The notes beneath the pieces are model-generated. The model ran no database searches. It was not told where the DNA came from and saw nothing but the letters and a program-made list of their open reading frames with translations. DNA of 48,504 nt from an uncultured Myxococcales bacterium (lineage in GTDB: Bacteria; Myxococcota_A; UBA9042; UBA3505), in NCBI GenBank assembly GCA_964594295.1, contig CAZQPP010000003.1:1-48504 (forward strand), read 5' to 3'. Every line of letters starts with the position of its first letter. Position 1 is the stretch's first letter. Shown piece by piece: positions 42,909 through 48,504 of the stretch. The position numbers were made by a program, and so were the translations under genes.

Positions 42909-44362
42909 CTGCTCCCCTCCCGCACGTCGACACAGAGCATCCGGGTGTGATCGCGGACGAGGAGCCGCCCTCCGGCCAGGGCCATGGGCGCCCACGCGTC
43001 GGCGCCGTCCAGGATCTTCACGCTGGCGCGCTCGCGGTAGCCGGCGGGGGTCGCGTCGACCAGGGTGAGGACGCCGCTCGGGCTCCGGGTGGAGCCGCTG
43101 TCGAGGACCCAGAGCATGCCCTGGGCGAGGATCCAGTCGCCGTAGCCCTTGTAAAAGCGCCTGCGGGCGCCGCTCGTCCACACCTCCTCCCCGTCCTTGC
43201 TCAGGCACACCAGCTCGCCGCTCGGGCGCACCGCGTAGAGGTGGCCGTCGTGGAAGATGGGCGCGTGCAGCTCGACTCCCAAGACCTCCGCGTCTCGCTT
43301 CCACAGCAGCTCCGCCGCGACCGAGGCGCCCTCGTCGCGGAGGCGGAGCATGACGCAGCCGGCGTCGTATCCCGAGCACACCAGGACCCGGTCCTTGCCC
43401 ACGACGACGGGCTCGGGCACCCGGGCGATGGAGGCGCGGTTGGTCGTCTCGGTGAACAGGACGCTCCCGTCCTCCCCGTCGACGCCGGCGACCCCCGGCA
43501 TGCCCGAGTAGAGGTAGATGCGGCGTTCGCCGAGCGTCATGGGCGTGATCGAGGCGTGGGTCATTCCCCAAAGCGAGGTGTTGGGCGCTTCCCACAGGGC
43601 TTCGCCCGTCTCGAGCTCCAGGGCGGTCATCAGGACCTTGGGTCCAGCCGGGGCGACGATGACTCTGCCGCCGTCGACGAGCGGGCTCTGCGCGGCGTAC
43701 CAGTCCGGAATCCGGGTGCCGTAGCGGCCCACGAGGTCTACGGCCCACCGCAGCGCGCCGGTCCGCGCGTCGAGACAGGTGAGGTGCCCCTTCGGCCCGA
43801 GCGACACGACCGAGTCGCCGGCGACGGCGGGCACGGTCCGCGACATGCCGTGGTTTCGGCGGAGCTCGACGGCGTAGGCGTAGCTCCAGATCTCCCGGCC
43901 GTCGTCCAGAGACAGGCTGCGAAGCACGTCGCGCTGCCCTCTGCGGTCGTAGTCGAGGAGGAAGACGCGCCCGCGGTGGACGGCAGCACCGGCGTGCCCC
44001 TCACCGAGCTCCGTCGCCCAGAGCAGCTTCGGCTCGCCGGACCAGCTCGCCGCGAGGCGGACCTCCTCGGATCTCTGGCGATCCAGGTTGGGGCCGCGGA
44101 AGCCGGGCCAGCTCCCTGTCGCCTCCGACGGGCTCCCGGCGCCCGTCGTGAGGGTCCCCCGGGCGTTGGGTGGTGGGCCGGCGGAGCGCTTCGGAGGACG
44201 CGTGCGCTCCAGCTCGCTCTCCTTCGGGATCCGCGGCCCCACGTCGATCTGCGTCGCGCGGGCGAGCCAGACGACACCGGCGATGGCCAGGGCCGCCACC
44301 GCGACCGGTACCGTCTTTGCCAGAGCGTCGGCTCGCAATAGACCCTCGTGCTGTGGGAGCAT
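42905..44362 (-). CDS. PQQ-like beta-propeller repeat protein with an N-terminal membrane anchor
   Basis: From track ORF 42905..44602, trimmed to ATG 44362 (MLPQHEGLLRADALAKTVPVAVAALAIAGVVWLA). WPGFRGPNLDRQRS is followed by repeats such as SLSLDDGREIW, CLDARTGALRW and ALELETGEALW. Confidence 0.85.
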   Translation of the reverse strand: MLPQHEGLLRADALAKTVPVAVAALAIAGVVWLARATQIDVGPRIPKESELERTRPPKRSAGPPPNARGTLTTGAGSPSEATGSWPGFRGPNLDRQRSEEVRLAASWSGEPKLLWATELGEGHAGAAVHRGRVFLLDYDRRGQRDVLRSLSLDDGREIWSYAYAVELRRNHGMSRTVPAVAGDSVVSLGPKGHLTCLDARTGALRWAVDLVGRYGTRIPDWYAAQSPLVDGGRVIVAPAGPKVLMTALELETGEALWEAPNTSLWGMTHASITPMTLGERRIYLYSGMPGVAGVDGEDGSVLFTETTNRASIARVPEPVVVGKDRVLVCSGYDAGCVMLRLRDEGASVAAELLWKRDAEVLGVELHAPIFHDGHLYAVRPSGELVCLSKDGEEVWTSGARRRFYKGYGDWILAQGMLWVLDSGSTRSPSGVLTLVDATPAGYRERASVKILDGADAWAPMALAGGRLLVRDHTRMLCVDVREGSR

Positions 44363-44369
44363 CCGGAGG

Positions 44370-44399
44370 CCGGTGGGAGCCCGTACGGTAGCACACCGG
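44370..44399. promoter_or_regulatory. 30-bp nested dyad CCGGTG-N5-CCGTACGG-N5-CACCGG in the 68-bp divergent intergenic region (candidate operator)
   Basis: It lies between ATG 44362 (minus strand) and ATG 44431 (plus strand). The outer arms are 6 bp and the central palindrome is 8 bp, with symmetric 5-nt spacers. The call rests on sequence pattern only. Confidence 0.35.
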
Positions 44400-44430
44400 T
44401 GCCCCGAAGACTCCGAGCGAGCCGACGCCG

Positions 44431-46278
44431 ATGTCCGAGCCCACGCCGCACCCCGAGGTCCCGAAGTCAACCGGCCTGGCGCGCCAGCTCCTCCGGGTCG
44501 CGGAGGCTCTGGCCGAGCTCGCGGCCCCTCGTCCCGACGTGGAGAGCCTGGCGCGGGAGGTGGAGGTGCTCGCGCGTGTCGCAGGAGAGGCGGCCGCGTC
44601 ATGCCCGGCGGAAGACGCCGACCGGGAGGGCCTGAGGGTCCTGCTCGACCGGGCCGAGGAGCTCGCGGACGTGGCTGGGGCGCTCTCGGCCGGGCTCCCG
44701 CGGGCCGCTCACGGCGGCCGGGAGCCGCCCACTGCCTTCACCGACGCCGTCGGCGATCTACGCTCGGCCGCCGCCGCCGCCGGCATCGACGCGGACCTCC
44801 CGCCGGCTCGCCCTCTGCGTATGGGCTCGAGCGCCCTCACCGGTGAGACCGCCCGGCTCTACCGCGCGTCATCCGCCGCCTTGTACTCCACGGTGCTCGT
44901 CTTCACCCCGCACACCAGCGTCGACGACCTCCTCTTCAACGTCGCCGCGGTGCGCGAGATCGCGCCGGCTCGGCTCGGCTTCGGCTTCTTGTGGGCGTTT
45001 CGGAGCAGCGTCGAGGATGCTGGATTCCTCCACGCCGTCGTCGATCCGGTGAGCCGCCTGCTCTGCCGCCTCGATTGGGAGAGGTCGCCGCACGACGAGC
45101 TCTCGGCCAGGGTGCGCATGTGGACGAGGTCCATGCCGGAGGCGCACGCGCTGCCCATCTCGCTCGCGAAGTCCATCCTGGGGGCCGCCGGCGCCATCGG
45201 GGATGAGGCCACGGTCGACGAGCTCCTGTCGCGGGCCGGGGCGAGGTGGAGCGACGGGCGAGAGGGCGACAGCCTCGTGAAGTCGAGGAGCCCCTTCGAC
45301 TCCAAGTCGAAGCTCCTCGCCGCCAAAGACGCGGCGGCGAGGGCGAACCCGCGTATCTTGGAAGACCTGAGGTCCGTCTACTACGAGCTCGAGAGGCTCG
45401 ACTGGATGTGCGGGAACAAGCCCGTAAGGAAGATCGACTACATCGACGAGGGCTACGTCGAGCTCTGCCGGCAGCACCCCGACGAGTTCCCGAATGTCAC
45501 CGTGTTCGCCTCGGCCACGACGCGCAACACGAAGGAGCTCGACATGTTCTACGGGCGTGACGCGGTGGACGTCGAGGAGGCGGTGCGCCTCACGCGACTT
45601 CACGAGGGGCACCCCGACTCCCCCGAGCACATGGCGGACACGACCACCCGCCTCGGTGTGGTGCTCGGCTACCCCGAGTGCTGTTCGCGAGCCTTCGCCG
45701 AGGACCAGGAGGCCTTTCGGGGCAACAGCGAGTCCATCATGCTCGCGCGGCGCGTCGCCGAGCCAGGTCGGGCACCGGCGGCCAGCAAGCTCTTCTTCCG
45801 CTGGTATTTCCCATGCTCGTTGAGCTGTGAGGCGAGCCTCGCGCGAGCCCGACAGCTGACCGATTTCGTGCGCGAGCGCTGCGGCGAGGAGCTGCACTGC
45901 CAGCTCGAGGAGAGCCTCGAGACTCCCTCCTTGATGCTCCTCGACAAGAGGACCCAGCTCATCGACATCCACCCCGAGCACGAGGTCTCCGAGCGCTTCA
46001 CATACAGGGCCGGCGAGGTCTTCGGCGAGGACGAGCGCCTCGAGCGCGTGCGTGCCGGCGACACCATGGTCGTCGAGGAGGGGCGCATCTCCATCCTGAA
46101 GCAGGGCAAGGAGACGGCGCGGCTCAATATGGACGCCTTCTTGTGGTGGAACGAGGAGGTGCTGCACCGGGACTTCTGGCGCGTCTTCCTCGAGCGCCGG
46201 GCGAGGAGAAACACGGACCAGGCCGGCGACATGTGGACCCGCTCCCGGCGCGACGGGATGCTCCGGCGGACGAGCTGA
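44431..46278 (+). CDS. hypothetical protein with a C-terminal DUF483-like GYPxCC / PCSxxCxxS module
   Basis: Track ORF of 615 aa. LGVVLGYPECCSRAFAEDQ and FFRWYFPCSLSCEASLARARQL resemble the DUF483 pattern as I remember it. The N-terminal ~140 aa are Ala/Arg/Glu-rich. Confidence 0.75.
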   Translation: MSEPTPHPEVPKSTGLARQLLRVAEALAELAAPRPDVESLAREVEVLARVAGEAAASCPAEDADREGLRVLLDRAEELADVAGALSAGLPRAAHGGREPPTAFTDAVGDLRSAAAAAGIDADLPPARPLRMGSSALTGETARLYRASSAALYSTVLVFTPHTSVDDLLFNVAAVREIAPARLGFGFLWAFRSSVEDAGFLHAVVDPVSRLLCRLDWERSPHDELSARVRMWTRSMPEAHALPISLAKSILGAAGAIGDEATVDELLSRAGARWSDGREGDSLVKSRSPFDSKSKLLAAKDAAARANPRILEDLRSVYYELERLDWMCGNKPVRKIDYIDEGYVELCRQHPDEFPNVTVFASATTRNTKELDMFYGRDAVDVEEAVRLTRLHEGHPDSPEHMADTTTRLGVVLGYPECCSRAFAEDQEAFRGNSESIMLARRVAEPGRAPAASKLFFRWYFPCSLSCEASLARARQLTDFVRERCGEELHCQLEESLETPSLMLLDKRTQLIDIHPEHEVSERFTYRAGEVFGEDERLERVRAGDTMVVEEGRISILKQGKETARLNMDAFLWWNEEVLHRDFWRVFLERRARRNTDQAGDMWTRSRRDGMLRRTS

Positions 46279-46500
46279 CTCATCGCAGAGATCGCTGAGA
46301 CCGCAGAGAGCTCTCCTTTGGAGAATCAGGCTCCTCTGCGAGCTCCGCGACCTCCGCGGTGAGATCTCTCGGGGCTGAACGGGCGGTCTTACCTCCGCGC
46401 CGTCCCGCCAACGCTGCTCGATCCGGCCGGAGCGTTGACACGCGAGCGGCGGGCGTGATCCTATTTGGAGCAGACGGAACGGTAGCTGGTGAGGCTCCCC

Positions 46501-48504
46501 GTGATTGCATCGAAACGAACGATGCCCGGGGCCTTGCTGGTGGCTGCAATAGCCACGCTCGGCTGCCGGGATGCTCCCCCTCGAGAAGGGGAGAGCTATG
46601 GTTTGGGAAGGATTGGCGACCCTCGCGCGGCGGCGGGAGCAGACGCCGGCGGGCTCGGTGACCCGGGGCCGGGTGCAGGCGACCGTGGAGGAGGGCCGGG
46701 CTGCGCGGAAGGAGAGCGCGACGGATCGTGCTCGCCCGCGGAGCGCGGAGCCTTTGACGGCGGGGAGGGCCCGGAGGTGTCGATCACTCGGTCGAGCTTG
46801 CAGGACGCGGGCTTCAGCGAAGGCGGCGGATCCGGCGCCGGCGGGGGTGGAGTCGTGAGCTTCGCGGGTCCGCCGCGCTGCACGCCCCTGCCCTTTCCGC
46901 GGGAGCACACCTGCTCGGGGGAGCCCGGGCTCTGGGGCAAGGCGCTCCAGATGTCCCTGTGGTTCTTCAACGTCAACAAGTCGGGGCCCGGGGTGCTGTG
47001 CACGGACACCCAGTGGCGCGGGGACGCCCACCTCTCAGACGGCTCCATCAGGCTCGCCTCCGGCGATCCCAACGGCGTCGACATGTCCGAGGGATACATC
47101 GAGCGGCACAGGCACGTCCTCGACCCGGACGGAGACGGGGCCCTCGACCTGTCGGGCGGCTACTACGACGCCGGCGACTTCATCAAGTTCGCCATCACCC
47201 AGGGCTACATGGCTTCGACCGTCGCCTGGTCCATGCTCGAGTTCCGCGAGGCCTACGCCAGGACCGGCCTCGAGCAGGCCGCCCTCGAGCAGGTCAGGTG
47301 GGCGGCGGACTTCTTCATGCGCGCTACCTTCGTCGAGGACAGGTCCCTCCCCGCGGAGCAGTGGAACGTCGTGGCATACGCCCACCAGGTCTCCGACGCC
47401 TCGGATCACAGCTGCGGGTGGATGCCTCCGGAGCTGCGCTCGGCCGAGGACTGCCCGCGCAAGGCCTATTTCGCCACCCACGCGAACCCAGCCGCCGACG
47501 TGACCGCCAACAACGCGGCCGCGCTGGCCCAGATCGCGATGCTCACCAGGGACACCGACCCGGCCTACTCCGAAGACTGCCTGAAGCACGCGATCGCCTT
47601 GTACGGCTTCGCCTCTCGCTACCCGACGAGCAAGGGGTCGGCGTCGGGGGGGCTCTACACCTCCGAGTACGGCGCCGACGACCTCGCCTGGGCGGCCAGC
47701 TGGCTCTACGAGGCGACCGGCGACGAGGCCTACCTCGACGAGGCCATGACCTGGGTCTACGACATCCCCGGCTTCAGCAAGGGCTGCGTCGACGCCCTGA
47801 TCAGGTGGGACGGCGTCACCGAGGACAACGCCTGCTGGTTCGAGAGCTGGTGCCACATCTGGAACTCCCTGCGCTCGGGGGTCTTCGTCCGCCTCGCGAA
47901 GGTGCTGAGCGAGGCCGGCAGCGAGTACGCCCCGCTCTTCCGCATGATCGCGAGGAACGACAGCATGGCCTGGGTGGAGGGGCCGGCCTCGCCCCAGGGC
48001 TTCGCCCAGAAGGTCGCGGTGAGCTGGGGCTCGGGGCGCTACAACAGCGCCGGCCAGCTCGTGGCGCTGGTCTACGCGAAGAGCTTCCCCGACGACCCGG
48101 ACTCCCAGCGCATAGTCGACTGGGCGGCACGGCAGGCCCGCTACCTGCTCGGCGACAACGAGGTGAACGGAGACCCGGAGGGGAAGTCTTTCATGATGGG
48201 CTTCACGGAGCTCTCGCCCAACACGCCCCTGGAGCCTCACCACGCGGCGGGCCACGCCTCCATCTACGGCGAGCCGGACATCCCCGAGGCCAACAGGCAC
48301 ATCCTCTGGGGCGCCCTGGTGAACGGGCCCTCGTCCTCCGACGCCCACGAGGACAACAGGGCCGACTACGGCGGCAACGAGGTCACCGTCGACTACAACG
48401 CCGCCTGGGTAGGTGCCCTCGCCGGCAACGCCTACTTCCAGGCTGAAAAGGACGGGGGCTGGTGCCCGGACCCGGACTTCCCCCCGGCGGAGCCTCCGGC
48501 CGAC
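46501..48504 (+). CDS. glycoside hydrolase family 9 (endoglucanase-like), a putative lipoprotein with a Gly/Asp/Glu/Pro-rich linker. Partial: the 3' end lies beyond the window.
   Basis: Absent from the ORF track because the frame is open to the window edge (frame 1). Hand translation gives (M)IASKRTMPGALLVAAIATLGC, a low-complexity linker, then LWGKALQMSLWFFNVNKSG, SGGYYDAGDFIKF, DDLAWAASWLYEATGD, EPHHAAGHAS and GALVNGPSSSDAHEDNRADYGGNEVTVDYNAA, which are GH9 signatures. ATG 46522 is an alternative start. Track ORF 46959..48446 is the wrong frame. Confidence 0.85.
   Translation, partial: MIASKRTMPGALLVAAIATLGCRDAPPREGESYGLGRIGDPRAAAGADAGGLGDPGPGAGDRGGGPGCAEGERDGSCSPAERGAFDGGEGPEVSITRSSLQDAGFSEGGGSGAGGGGVVSFAGPPRCTPLPFPREHTCSGEPGLWGKALQMSLWFFNVNKSGPGVLCTDTQWRGDAHLSDGSIRLASGDPNGVDMSEGYIERHRHVLDPDGDGALDLSGGYYDAGDFIKFAITQGYMASTVAWSMLEFREAYARTGLEQAALEQVRWAADFFMRATFVEDRSLPAEQWNVVAYAHQVSDASDHSCGWMPPELRSAEDCPRKAYFATHANPAADVTANNAAALAQIAMLTRDTDPAYSEDCLKHAIALYGFASRYPTSKGSASGGLYTSEYGADDLAWAASWLYEATGDEAYLDEAMTWVYDIPGFSKGCVDALIRWDGVTEDNACWFESWCHIWNSLRSGVFVRLAKVLSEAGSEYAPLFRMIARNDSMAWVEGPASPQGFAQKVAVSWGSGRYNSAGQLVALVYAKSFPDDPDSQRIVDWAARQARYLLGDNEVNGDPEGKSFMMGFTELSPNTPLEPHHAAGHASIYGEPDIPEANRHILWGALVNGPSSSDAHEDNRADYGGNEVTVDYNAAWVGALAGNAYFQAEKDGGWCPDPDFPPAEPPAD

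Noticed and set aside
46435-46463. TTGACA hexamers at 46435-46440 and 32245-32250 considered as sigma70 promoters for the GH9 gene and the small ORF
   Set aside because: The corresponding -10 regions (ATCCTA/TCCTAT and TACTTC) are poor matches. With no transcript data, these are too weak to list as features.
44869-47031. 720-aa minus-strand ORF
   Set aside because: It is antisense to the DUF483-like gene and runs across an intergenic region. Its composition is Arg/Pro/Gly/Ala-rich with no motifs.
46959-48446. 495-aa plus-strand ORF listed in the track
   Set aside because: It is the wrong frame of the GH9 gene. The frame starting at 46501 yields canonical GH9 signatures (DAGDFIKF, HHAAGH, NEVTVDYNAA), whereas this ORF is an Arg/Gly/Pro-rich shadow.
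1-48504. Prophage, integrative element or defence-island interpretation of the window
   Set aside because: I recognised no integrase, transposase, phage structural genes, tRNA attachment site, restriction-modification, toxin-antitoxin, Cas or other known defence genes. The only mobile-like signature is the pair of 166-bp elements.

Overview
This is a 48.5-kb, gene-dense bacterial chromosomal segment of roughly 70% GC. The gene content (an STK-AAA-TPR kinase, many PQQ-like beta-propellers, an FGE-domain protein, a GH9 glycosidase) looks Myxococcota-like, but that is inference only. I call 32 protein-coding genes. Two are cut by the window edges and are therefore missing from the ORF track. I also call one frameshifted, truncated alpha/beta-hydrolase remnant and two 164/166-identical copies of a 166-bp composite palindromic intergenic element. 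I recognised no rRNA, tRNA, CRISPR array, transposase or integrase. Many long track ORFs are antisense or out-of-frame shadows (Arg/Ala/Gly/Pro-rich), or chimeras whose 5' parts I trimmed. The main candidate for a new system is a seven-gene, start/stop-overlapping minus-strand operon at 34269-44362. It joins a cytoplasmic NAD(P)H flavo-iron-sulfur module (a NuoE-NuoF fusion plus a 2Fe-2S/GltD-like protein) to a Tat-exported NapG-like polyferredoxin and a NapH-like membrane FeS protein. The NapH-like protein is fused in frame to a PQQ-like beta-propeller. The operon also encodes two further membrane-anchored propellers and a 70-aa twin-arginine Cys4 protein, and no recognisable terminal catalytic subunit. 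Other notable items are six paralogous WPxFRGP-type propellers across the window, a propeller-lipoprotein/GT4/ABC export operon, and a 1105-aa signal-less phosphoesterase with five WxFDP repeats. All family assignments rest on motifs read by eye. No database search was possible, and motif coordinates may be off by a few nucleotides.
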